Source: an uncultured bacterium
Lineage (GTDB): Bacteria; Chlamydiota; Chlamydiia; Chlamydiales; FEN-1388
Direction: 5' to 3'
Length of the DNA: 64,000 bases
NCBI GenBank assembly: GCA_964462925.1
Contig: CAYWZU010000005.1
Coordinates: 18,171 to 82,170, forward strand
The translations under genes were made by a program, and so were the position numbers. The stretch's first letter is position 1. Each line of letters starts with the position of its first letter. Below the pieces are notes generated by a model. That model worked only from the letters and a program-made list of their open reading frames with translations. It did not search any database and was not told the origin of the DNA. Below are positions 43,562-52,582 of this stretch, piece by piece.

Positions 43562-44149
43562 CTATTGATTTTTTAGTACAAACGAACCCGCGAAGTTATT
43601 AAAATCTTTTTCAAGATTACTTGGATCGCGATTCATAGCAGTAAGTACTATTAGCGTCTTATTATCGACTATAACTTTACTTCGTATGCCAGAATCTGGA
43701 TTTTCAATTAAAAAATCTAGTGATGGTAGATTTAGAAAGGTGCTTCTCTCTACTTTTTTCACTTCATTTTTTGCATTTGAGCCAACAGCGCCATTTTTTA
43801 CAGCCTCTAATACATCTTCTACACTACCCATATCGTATCCTTCTGGATACTGAGTAAGGCTCACCATATAGACGCTCCCCTCATGATCCTGGGCAAGATA
43901 GACATCATATTTTGTGACATCTTTGCCATTTGGATGCGTTTCCTCGGCATGCTGCGGGATCTGCGGCAAAAGCACTTCAAAACGGCCGCTTTGCGGTTTA
44001 AAAAGCTTCCAAACAGTTTTCTCAGCCGGGGCTGCTACGATTTGATTTTCAGTTTTAGATGTAAGGCTATAGATCAAAGCAGCAAAAACGATGAGAGCTA
44101 CTGCGCCTACCCATTTTTTACTTGTGAACATATGCGATCTCCGTTTCAT
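43562..44149 (-). CDS. Hypothetical exported or anchored protein
   Basis: 195 aa with an N-terminal hydrophobic anchor WVGAVALIVFAALIYSL. I recognised no motif. Confidence 0.5.
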   Translation of the reverse strand: MKRRSHMFTSKKWVGAVALIVFAALIYSLTSKTENQIVAAPAEKTVWKLFKPQSGRFEVLLPQIPQHAEETHPNGKDVTKYDVYLAQDHEGSVYMVSLTQYPEGYDMGSVEDVLEAVKNGAVGSNAKNEVKKVERSTFLNLPSLDFLIENPDSGIRSKVIVDNKTLIVLTAMNRDPSNLEKDFNNFAGSFVLKNQ

Positions 44150-44308
44150 TTTTTTCGCATACTATCGATTTTCAATTTTTTTGCTAGCTTCTTTTTTTAG
44201 ACGAGCGCTTTAACACAAAGCTGGCCTTTCGCATATACTTTTTACTTGGGGCTTGACGGTAAAGGGCAAATTCGGCAGTTTCCTGCTCATTACGATAGGA
44301 GTTGAAAT

Positions 44309-45859
44309 ATGAAATCTTTGACACGGTATGCACTTCCGATACTTGCCGTATGCGTAGCTACAGGCTGTTTTTTTGGATCTAAAAAAAGAGACCAAACTGT
44401 TCGACTTGGTACAAGCCATAAAATAACAACATGCGATCCAAGAAAAGTTCAGGGGCTTTGTGAAAATGCCGTCGCTCGCATGCTCTTTGAGGGGCTTACC
44501 TATATCGACGAAAATGGCAAACTATTTCCTGGCATTGCTACAAAGATTCAGATTTCTCAAGACCTTAAAACCTACACATTTCATCTTCGCGATACAAATT
44601 GGTCTAATGGAGAAAAAGTGCTCGCTCAAGACTTTGAAAGAAGCTGGAAGTCTATGCTCGATCCGGAAACAAAGTCTCCTATGGCCTACATGCTTTTTGT
44701 CATTAAAGGCGCAAAAGAGTTCTATGATGATAAAGCTACTGCAGATAGCGTAGGTGTAAAGGCACTAGACGATAAAACCCTCGTTGTTCAGCTTACTTCG
44801 CCATCTCCTTACTTTCTACAGCTTGCAGCAACGGCAAACTACTTTCCTGTCCCCCAAAATTGGGATGAAGCAAAGCCTGTTTCAAACGGCCCATTTACGC
44901 TCAATCAGTTTATGCAAGAAAAACCGCTAGAGTTTGTAAAAAATCCACATTACTGGGGCAATACAACCGTTACTCTTGAGAAAGCAGAGCTTGCCACGAT
45001 GGATGAAAAGGAGCTTCTTAGTGCATTTAAAAAGGGAGATATTGACTGGATAGGATCTCCGCTTTCGACACTTACACAAACTGAGCGAGACAGCTTGCAA
45101 AATGTGCAGTATGCCCCAGCTGCAGGAGTTGAATTTTTACGCATAAATATACAAAAAGCTCCATTTACCAATCCGAAAGTGCGTAAAGCCCTTCAGCTTG
45201 CGATCGATACGCAATCCATTACTAAAAACATTCTCAAGGGCGGCCAAAAGCCTGCTATGGGCTTTGTACCGCTTGGGATGGGTATACATTCGGCAGAAGT
45301 GCCATTTAATCCAGCACAGGCCTCTTCACTTTTTGAAGCAGGACTTGGAGAGCTTTCTATGCCTAAAGGAAGTGTCCCTCCAATTACTCTTTCCTTCATA
45401 GATTCAGACCGCATGGGTAAAATTGCCGAGCAGATTGCCCAAAATTGGAAGTCTGCCCTCAATATTGAAGTGGTGCTCGATGCCCAGTCGCCAAATAAAT
45501 TCTATGATAAATTGTTTAGCCAAGATTATCAAATAGCAGCAGGTTCTTGGTTTGCTGACTACTATGATCCAATGAGCTTTTTGTCAGTTTTTCAGACCCC
45601 AGATAATGGCGTAAACTGCACAGGCTGGAAAAATGCAGAATATAGCCATCTGCTCCTCATGTCAAACTTAGAGATCGATCCCGTACGGCGGATGAGCTAT
45701 CTTCAGCAGGCACAAGATGTGCTTATGGAAGATCTTCCGATCGTGCCGCTTTTTTACTTTACCTTCTCGTACTGCAAAAATAGCGCACTCGATATGAAAA
45801 CGATTTCACCAATGGGGACAATCGACATCGAAAACGCTAAATTCATTGAAGGCAAATGA
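44309..45859 (+). CDS. oppA: Oligopeptide ABC transporter substrate-binding lipoprotein (family 5)
   Basis: 516 aa with an AGGAG RBS and lipobox VCVATGC. It shows SBP_bac_5-type sequence throughout (FEGLTYIDENGK..., WSNGEKVLAQDF). Confidence 0.85.
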   Translation: MKSLTRYALPILAVCVATGCFFGSKKRDQTVRLGTSHKITTCDPRKVQGLCENAVARMLFEGLTYIDENGKLFPGIATKIQISQDLKTYTFHLRDTNWSNGEKVLAQDFERSWKSMLDPETKSPMAYMLFVIKGAKEFYDDKATADSVGVKALDDKTLVVQLTSPSPYFLQLAATANYFPVPQNWDEAKPVSNGPFTLNQFMQEKPLEFVKNPHYWGNTTVTLEKAELATMDEKELLSAFKKGDIDWIGSPLSTLTQTERDSLQNVQYAPAAGVEFLRINIQKAPFTNPKVRKALQLAIDTQSITKNILKGGQKPAMGFVPLGMGIHSAEVPFNPAQASSLFEAGLGELSMPKGSVPPITLSFIDSDRMGKIAEQIAQNWKSALNIEVVLDAQSPNKFYDKLFSQDYQIAAGSWFADYYDPMSFLSVFQTPDNGVNCTGWKNAEYSHLLLMSNLEIDPVRRMSYLQQAQDVLMEDLPIVPLFYFTFSYCKNSALDMKTISPMGTIDIENAKFIEGK

Positions 45860-45895
45860 GATAATACACTAAATTGAAGCCTTTTAGGCTACTTT

Positions 45896-46966
45896 ATGTT
45901 TAAGATTGCGATTTCTTTATTCTTACTCGCTCTCGGTGTTTTAAAAGCTGAACTTACTCTTGAAGAAAAGGTCGGGCAGCTGCTTATGGTGCATGTTGTC
46001 GGAACTGAGGTAAACGACGATGCAAGAGTGCTCATACAAGAAGCTCATGTTGGCGGCATTATCTACTTTCGCTCCATCAATGGGCTTGAAACCTTTGAGC
46101 AAGTAAAGAACTTGAGTGATGGCCTTCAAAGCCTTGCCGAAATTCCCCTGCTTATTGCCGTCGATCAGGAAGGTGGACGAGTCACCCATCTTCGAGGTGA
46201 ATTTACCCACCCCCCAAGCAATCAAGAGGTAGGAGAGAGCCAAAATCCAGCACTAGCTAAAGAAATCGCCTATAAAATTGGCTCTGAGCTTAAAGCTTCT
46301 GGAATCACCATGAACTTAGCTCCCGTTGTCGATGTCAATACCAATCCACTCAATCCTGTAATCGGAAATAGATCCTTTAGCTCATCATCACGAGAAGTAG
46401 CTATCTTTGCTAAATCTCAACTCGAGGGCTATAAGGAGGCTGGTATTATTGCTACGCTTAAACACTTTCCAGGACATGGCGATACCTGTACAGATTCTCA
46501 CTACGGCCTCCCAGTCATCACAAAACCTCTAGAAGATATCTATCGAGATGAGCTTTATCCTTTTAGCGTCCTTGCAGCTGATGCTGAAGTGATCATGTCT
46601 GCCCACATTATTACTGAAGCACTGGATAGTAGTTGTCCTGCAACCTTCTCCTCCCTTATTCTCCAAGGCCTTTTGCGAGAACAGATTGGCTTTAAAGGGG
46701 TGATAATAAGCGATTCTTTAGTTATGGAAGGGGCGCTGCAATATGCCAAAAATATTGAAGAGGCTGCAATACAGGCTCTCAATGCCGGATGCGATATTTT
46801 GCTTATCGCAGGAGGCTTTATGAGAAAAGAGCTTGGCTCTCCCCAGTCTATACGTTCTATTCATAAAGCTCTCGTAGAGGCTGTACGCTCCGGAAGAATC
46901 TCTGAGCATCGACTCAACGAAGCCCTTTCTCGAATTCTTTTACTTAAAAAACATGTTGATATTTAA
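45896..46966 (+). CDS. nagZ: Glycoside hydrolase family 3 beta-N-acetylhexosaminidase (NagZ-like), exported
   Basis: 356 aa with a signal peptide. It has LIAVDQEGGRV, the KHFPGHGDTCTDSH motif and GVIISDSLVMEGA. Confidence 0.8.
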   Translation: MFKIAISLFLLALGVLKAELTLEEKVGQLLMVHVVGTEVNDDARVLIQEAHVGGIIYFRSINGLETFEQVKNLSDGLQSLAEIPLLIAVDQEGGRVTHLRGEFTHPPSNQEVGESQNPALAKEIAYKIGSELKASGITMNLAPVVDVNTNPLNPVIGNRSFSSSSREVAIFAKSQLEGYKEAGIIATLKHFPGHGDTCTDSHYGLPVITKPLEDIYRDELYPFSVLAADAEVIMSAHIITEALDSSCPATFSSLILQGLLREQIGFKGVIISDSLVMEGALQYAKNIEEAAIQALNAGCDILLIAGGFMRKELGSPQSIRSIHKALVEAVRSGRISEHRLNEALSRILLLKKHVDI

Positions 46967-46992
46967 GTAATTTGTTTGTTATAATTTTTCTT

Positions 46993-48168
46993 ATGACAAA
47001 CATTTATTACTATTCAGATCTAGGTTCTGCTCAAAGAGATGGAGTCCATATTAATGAAAGCCATAAAGGCGAGAAAGGGCCTACCTATACAAGCTATAAT
47101 GGCGTAGAGCGCAATATATCAGGCGATGAAGAAAAAGCATGCGCAATTATCGTAGCATGTGCTCTTGCTGTACTAACGCTTGGAATTATCTTCATTTTTT
47201 CTCCAGATTTTAGGGCAAATCTTTTTGGTAGAAATGTTGTTACAGTAAATGTAGAAGATCCAAAAGAAAAGACAGCTGCAAAAACTGATGATGCAGCGCA
47301 AAATAAAATCCCTAAGGCCCCTTTTGATATTAATGGAGCCTCAATTTTTGATATCCATGCACGTTTTTTAGATGAGATTGGTAGAGTAAATAATAGGGCA
47401 TTTTTTGCGCTATCTGGCCAGGAGATGCTCGATCTTTCTCGCCGCCTTCCAAGAAATACAATTATTTCTCTTTCCCCAGAGGAAACAAGAAAGCTTCTTA
47501 ATACCCTTCCTCTTGAACGTTTGACTGCAAAGGAATTTGCTTATTTCTTCAATGACACAGGCTTTTTAGCGTTTGCGACAAAAGAGCAAATAGAAAAACT
47601 AACGCCGCATCTCAGGAATCCCGACTATTATGCAAAAATTAGCGATACAGTATTCCAAGAGCTCACAATAACAGCTGAAAATGTGACAAGAATATTCAAT
47701 CAGTTTGGAAAAAATGTAAACCGCTTAAGCGTTGAGCAAATAAAGGAATCCTTTTCTCATTTAACTCCCTACCTCCATTGGCTAACACTTTCTCAAATGA
47801 ACATGATTTATCAAAATAAGCACAATTTTACAAATGAAGAGCTTATTACCCTTAAGATGAATAATATCCACGGCAGCGATTTCCTTGTGAAAAAGCCCTT
47901 TAGCTACACGCTTACTGTTAAGGATCTTCCCCCGAAGGGCACTCCTCTTCGCACTTTCTATGACAAGTTCAAAAAAGCAGAAAAAGACAAAAAGTGGCAT
48001 GAAGTATTTGGTCTTAAACCTGGCTTCACAAAAGAAAAACTTAACGCTGTTAGAAAAAAAATAATGATTCCACTCTACCCTGATAAAAACCCTGTAGAAT
48101 ATAGAGATGCAGCCACACACATAATTGCAGCCTTCAACTCTCTTAGCGACTACTACCTAAAAGAATAA
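46993..48168 (+). CDS. Single-pass membrane protein with a C-terminal J-like domain (YPD in place of HPD)
   Basis: The TM segment is ACAIIVACALAVLTLGIIFIF. The C-terminus WHEVFGLKPGFTKEKLNAVRKKIMIPLYPDKNPVEYRDAATHIIAAFNSLSD follows the DnaJ J-domain consensus, except that Tyr replaces the His of HPD (TAC CCT GAT at 48076-48084). Confidence 0.55.
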   Translation: MTNIYYYSDLGSAQRDGVHINESHKGEKGPTYTSYNGVERNISGDEEKACAIIVACALAVLTLGIIFIFSPDFRANLFGRNVVTVNVEDPKEKTAAKTDDAAQNKIPKAPFDINGASIFDIHARFLDEIGRVNNRAFFALSGQEMLDLSRRLPRNTIISLSPEETRKLLNTLPLERLTAKEFAYFFNDTGFLAFATKEQIEKLTPHLRNPDYYAKISDTVFQELTITAENVTRIFNQFGKNVNRLSVEQIKESFSHLTPYLHWLTLSQMNMIYQNKHNFTNEELITLKMNNIHGSDFLVKKPFSYTLTVKDLPPKGTPLRTFYDKFKKAEKDKKWHEVFGLKPGFTKEKLNAVRKKIMIPLYPDKNPVEYRDAATHIIAAFNSLSDYYLKE

Positions 48169-48253
48169 GTAACTTTCATTTCTTGCTCGGCGAAGCAATT
48201 CGGCTTCTGCCAAGAGCTTTTGAACTTGTTTGTGTATAATCACATGCTATGCG

Positions 48254-49669
48254 ATGATTTTTTCTATGAATATCATTGCATGCAGACAAGAGACCCCGGA
48301 AGAAGCCCTTCTCACTCAATTTGGCAAGCTTTCATTAAAGAAAGAGACGCTCCAATCCTATATGGAAAGAACGGTAGAGCGCCTATTTCCAGGCGATAAG
48401 ACAAAATTGCACTACACCCGCCGCTTAATGGAAAAATGCCGTCCCTTACTCGAAGAGTGCAACCAGCATAAGCAGCTTAGTGTTCAACGCTTCTTTGATA
48501 TTATGGTCTATGCCCAGCAAAAAAGAGGAGATCCCGGCTACTATAAAAAGGGGTCCGTTAAAAGATCTCTTATCGTTACTGGAACTGAGTTTTATATACT
48601 CCTCAAATCTTCAGGCGGCTGCGCCGCTGCAAGCGATACAACTCGCCTCACAAGGGCTATCAGGGTCCCCTTTGACCTTCATGCAAAACCGTCTATAGTC
48701 TATCAACTTGTAAATAGAGATGCCTACAGACCTCTTTCTCGAGCAGAGCTGCATGCGAGAGATTTTTATTCTCAAACAAAAAAGGCCGCTGTAAAGCACC
48801 TTGCTACGTTTTCATATGTAAAACGAAAAGATGATCTAGAGATTGCAAAAGCGACAGCCTTTGTTGAGTCAACTAGCGGCGCTTTAGCAGGCTATAATCC
48901 AAGCCAAGATAAAGCTCGGACATTTTCCTGTTCGCCTTATGAATTACTCGGATATGTAAAAGCAGGTGATTTGGATTCTATCCACTTTTTGCTCGCTAAT
49001 CTGCACAAAAAATCTGGAGATGACTATTCAGATGCATTTCGACTCGCCTACTCTGCAAAACGCTATGATATCATGACACTTCTTCTCGAAGAAGGAGATG
49101 TAAAAGAAGATACTTTATTAAACTGTTTTCCTGAATCGGTAGAGACTGAAGAAGAAAAAGCACTGACTACTTTGATGGTAAATTCCTGTGAAGATAGAAA
49201 AGGAGCAATTGCTTCACTCTGTACTATAGCCATAGCGAAAAATGCAGATCCCGTGAAATTTGTTAGTAGACTTGGACCTATCGCCCAAGACTTGCTGCTT
49301 GAACTGTTAAGAACCTCTGAAAATCTTGAACTTGTTCGCTCACTAACGGATCATATACCTCATGTAGGGCTTAAGGGAGGCCATGCCCTCGAATGTGCCT
49401 GCTTTAACAAACAGTGGGCTAAAGCATTTATCCTCATTGAAAAGGGCGTGGATATAAACTTTTCCGTAGACGGCGATGGAGAGACCCCTCTCTATTATGC
49501 AGCCTGTCACCCAGAGGATGAGCATTCCCTAGATGCGCTAAAAAAACTTTTAGCACTTGGAGCTGATCCAACCATTCTCAGAGATGCTTACCCCGTCATC
49601 TACTGGGCTGAAAAGGAAGGAAATAAGCAAACAGTCGCAATACTACGAAGTAAAATGCTAGAAAAATAA
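48254..49669 (+). CDS. Ankyrin-repeat protein
   Basis: The C-terminal half has ankyrin units (GHALECACFNKQWAKAFILIEKGVDIN; GETPLYYAACHPEDEHSLDALKKLLALGADP). The start is uncertain: TTG 48230, ATG 48254 or ATG 48266. Confidence 0.6.
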   Translation: MIFSMNIIACRQETPEEALLTQFGKLSLKKETLQSYMERTVERLFPGDKTKLHYTRRLMEKCRPLLEECNQHKQLSVQRFFDIMVYAQQKRGDPGYYKKGSVKRSLIVTGTEFYILLKSSGGCAAASDTTRLTRAIRVPFDLHAKPSIVYQLVNRDAYRPLSRAELHARDFYSQTKKAAVKHLATFSYVKRKDDLEIAKATAFVESTSGALAGYNPSQDKARTFSCSPYELLGYVKAGDLDSIHFLLANLHKKSGDDYSDAFRLAYSAKRYDIMTLLLEEGDVKEDTLLNCFPESVETEEEKALTTLMVNSCEDRKGAIASLCTIAIAKNADPVKFVSRLGPIAQDLLLELLRTSENLELVRSLTDHIPHVGLKGGHALECACFNKQWAKAFILIEKGVDINFSVDGDGETPLYYAACHPEDEHSLDALKKLLALGADPTILRDAYPVIYWAEKEGNKQTVAILRSKMLEK

Positions 49670-49710
49670 TCCGCTTTATATTATCCCTGATAGATAACTA
49701 TTGAGGCAAT

Positions 49711-50676
49711 GTGCTTAAAGCAATAATTTACTTTCTTTTGAGAAGGTTTTGGGTTTCGGTACTTACACTATTTGCGATTGCATCAGCTACATTTTTACTC
49801 ATGCACCTTGTCCCTGGCGATCCCTTTGCTGAAGAATCAATTAGCTGCCCAAAGGAGACGCTAGGAGCACTTAGACACTACTACGGTCTCGATGACCCCC
49901 TCCATCTCCAGTACTCTCGCTATATCTTGCAGGTATTTACCTTTGATTTTGGCCCTTCACTCAAGTACCCTTCTCAGACAGTTACGCAAATTATTTTTGG
50001 AGGGCTGCCTATCTCCGCAATGCTCGGACTTGAAGCGCTCCTTTTTGCTCTTCCTTGCGGAATCCTCTTTGGAGCCCTAAGCGCGCTCAATTCTCGTGGA
50101 TACTCAAATGTATTGTACACATCTGGTGCAGTCCTTGGAGTATCAATCCCCACCTTTGTGCTTGCTGCTGGCCTTCAGTTTCTTTTTGCTTTTTACTTTC
50201 CCCTATTTCCAGTTGCAAGATGGGGAACATTTGCACACACTGTGCTTCCAGCACTTGCACTTGCTATTGGACCATGTTGCTATGTAGCAAGGCTTCTTCG
50301 CGTAAATATGCTCGAAGTATTTACAAAAGAATATGTGCAAGTTGCAAGGCTTAAAGGCCTAAAAGAAGAAAGAGTCATCTTTGTCCATGTACTCAAAAAT
50401 GCCTGCATTCCTATTCTCTCCTACCTTGGACCAGTTACCACGAACGTACTCGTAGGAAGCTTTGCAGTTGAGCGGGTTTTTGGAATTCCCGGCCTTGGCC
50501 TTTGGTTTGTAAATAGCGTTATTAACCGCGATTTTCCTGTAATTGGCGGCCTTACCATTTTCTATAGCATGCTCCTCATCTTTAACCACACCGTGATAGA
50601 CCTTCTCTCTGCCCTCTTAAACCCAGAATCTAAGAGCCTTCTTTACAGACAAAATCGAAAAAAGGCCTACGCATGA
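49711..50676 (+). CDS. oppB: Oligopeptide ABC transporter permease
   Basis: 321 aa with a GTG start after GAGG. It has BPD_transp_1 topology, the EAA-like motif YVQVARLKGLKEERV and a 4-nt overlap with oppC. Confidence 0.9.
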   Translation: MLKAIIYFLLRRFWVSVLTLFAIASATFLLMHLVPGDPFAEESISCPKETLGALRHYYGLDDPLHLQYSRYILQVFTFDFGPSLKYPSQTVTQIIFGGLPISAMLGLEALLFALPCGILFGALSALNSRGYSNVLYTSGAVLGVSIPTFVLAAGLQFLFAFYFPLFPVARWGTFAHTVLPALALAIGPCCYVARLLRVNMLEVFTKEYVQVARLKGLKEERVIFVHVLKNACIPILSYLGPVTTNVLVGSFAVERVFGIPGLGLWFVNSVINRDFPVIGGLTIFYSMLLIFNHTVIDLLSALLNPESKSLLYRQNRKKAYA

Positions 50677-51596
50677 TCCCGCTAACTCAAGAAGAGCGTT
50701 TAGAAATTTTGGCGCAAAATGAGCCGCAACCTCGAGAAAAAGATTCCATCATCCGGCTTCTCGTATCGCATAAAAGCATCCTAATTGGCGCCTCGATCTT
50801 ATCTGTTCTCCTCCTCTACGCAATCTTTGGACCACTACTTAGCCCATACACATACCAAGAAACGGATCTTCCCTCAAAAAATTTAGCCCCATGCGCTCAG
50901 CATATTTTTGGAACTGATGAGCTTGGAAGAGATCTCTTCACTCGAGTTGCAGTTGGCCTTGGAGTTTCCCTGCAAATTGGCTTTGCAGCTGCCATGATAG
51001 ATCTCTTACTTGGCGTAAGCTGGGGAATGACAGCAGGACTTAAAGGCGGCACAGTCGACCATGTCATGATGCGAATAGCAGAAATGATCTACTGCCTTCC
51101 CTATCTCCTCTTTGCCATATTGATAACCGTTATTATGGGTCCTGGCTTTGCTCCAATACTTGCTGCCATGGTAATTATTGGCTGGATACAGATGGCCCGC
51201 ATTACAAGGAGCTTAGTAATCGGCATCAAGCAGCAGGAATATTTTAGAGCTGCAAGATCTCTTGGTGTTGGCACCTTTGGGCTCATCTCTCGCCACATTA
51301 TCCCTAATATTTCAGGCCCTGTCACCTGCATCATCATGCTGAGCATTCCACAAGCTATATTCGCAGAGGCTTTTTTAAGCTTTTTAGGAATAGGCCTCCA
51401 GCCTCCGCTATCTAGTCTTGGCTCGCTAGTGAGCGATGCACTTGGAGCAATGCGCTTTTATCCATGGCGCCTATTTATCCCTTCTGTCACAATAACGATC
51501 ACAATATTTGCTTTTAATCTACTTGGAGATGGTCTTAGAGACCTTTTAGACCCGCAAGCAAGAAGGCACCTTGCACAGAAACCAAAGGAGGCATAA
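50673..51596 (+). CDS. oppC: Oligopeptide ABC transporter permease
   Basis: 307 aa. It has an OppC-type N-terminus, FGTDELGRDLFTRV and the EAA-like motif YFRAARSLGVG. Confidence 0.9.
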   Translation: MIPLTQEERLEILAQNEPQPREKDSIIRLLVSHKSILIGASILSVLLLYAIFGPLLSPYTYQETDLPSKNLAPCAQHIFGTDELGRDLFTRVAVGLGVSLQIGFAAAMIDLLLGVSWGMTAGLKGGTVDHVMMRIAEMIYCLPYLLFAILITVIMGPGFAPILAAMVIIGWIQMARITRSLVIGIKQQEYFRAARSLGVGTFGLISRHIIPNISGPVTCIIMLSIPQAIFAEAFLSFLGIGLQPPLSSLGSLVSDALGAMRFYPWRLFIPSVTITITIFAFNLLGDGLRDLLDPQARRHLAQKPKEA

Positions 51597-51598
51597 AA

Positions 51599-52582
51599 AT
51601 GAAAGAACATCTCCTTTCAGTTGAAAACCTCTCTGTCACGCTCGACACAAGGCATGGCCCTCTCCCGCTCCTTCGGGATGTTTCCTTCTCACTCTATCCC
51701 CAAGAAACACTCGCACTCGTTGGTGAATCAGGCTCTGGCAAGACCATCACGGCAATGGCGATAATGAATCTTTTTCGCTCCCCGCTTACAAAAATTGCAG
51801 GCGGAAAGATTATCTTTGACGGTGAAAATCTCATAGAAAAAAGCCAAAGCGAAATGAGAAAGCTTCGCGGCACAAAAATTGCCTTTATTCCGCAAAGCCC
51901 CTTGAGCTGTTTGAACCCAACACTTCAGATCGGCACGCAGCTTATGGAAACTATGAGCAGCGAGCTCTACCCCTCAAAAGAGGCAAAATATTATGCAGCA
52001 AGTGAGATGCTTCGAAATGTTGGCTTTTCTGACTGCATGAGGCGTCTTTCTGCCTACCCTTATGAGCTCTCTGGCGGCATGAGGCAGCGACTTTTAATTG
52101 CTATGGCTTTAGTAAATAGGCCAAAGCTTGTCATCGCCGATGAGCCAACCACCGCTCTCGATGTTACCATTCAGGCACAGGTACTCGACCTTTTAAAGCA
52201 GCTTCAAAAAGAAATGGGCATGAGCCTTGTCTTCATTACCCACGACATGGGCGTCGTTGCAAAAATTAGCGACCGCGTTGCCGTGATGTATGCAGGAAAC
52301 ATCGTTGAACAAGCAGAAGCGCGCGAAATATTTGCAAGGCCGCAGCATCCCTATACAGAAGCACTTCTTGCTTGCCTTCCAAGACTTAACGACCCTGATG
52401 GAAATAGTTTGAGACCAATCCCTGGATCGCCTCCGCAGATAGGCCAGTATCTGCACATGTGCGCCTTCATGCCGCGCTGTCCCCATGCCATGAAAATCTG
52501 TACCGAGAAAGTGCCAAAGCTCGAGGGAGATCAGCATCAATGTCGCTGCTTTATGAGGAATATGCATGTCGCCGCTGTTTGA
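51599..52582 (+). CDS. oppD: Oligopeptide ABC transporter ATP-binding protein
   Basis: 327 aa with Walker A GESGSGKT, signature LSGGMRQR, Walker B LVIADEPTTALD and a C-terminal oligopeptide-type extension. Confidence 0.9.
   Translation: MKEHLLSVENLSVTLDTRHGPLPLLRDVSFSLYPQETLALVGESGSGKTITAMAIMNLFRSPLTKIAGGKIIFDGENLIEKSQSEMRKLRGTKIAFIPQSPLSCLNPTLQIGTQLMETMSSELYPSKEAKYYAASEMLRNVGFSDCMRRLSAYPYELSGGMRQRLLIAMALVNRPKLVIADEPTTALDVTIQAQVLDLLKQLQKEMGMSLVFITHDMGVVAKISDRVAVMYAGNIVEQAEAREIFARPQHPYTEALLACLPRLNDPDGNSLRPIPGSPPQIGQYLHMCAFMPRCPHAMKICTEKVPKLEGDQHQCRCFMRNMHVAAV

Noticed and set aside
49664-49677. A 14-mer, AAATAATCCGCTTT, shared by the stop-codon regions of the ankyrin gene (49664-49677) and the 662-aa orphan (55516-55529).
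   Set aside because: A single 14-nt match is about what chance predicts among all word pairs in 64 kb of AT-biased DNA. There is no extended similarity on either side.
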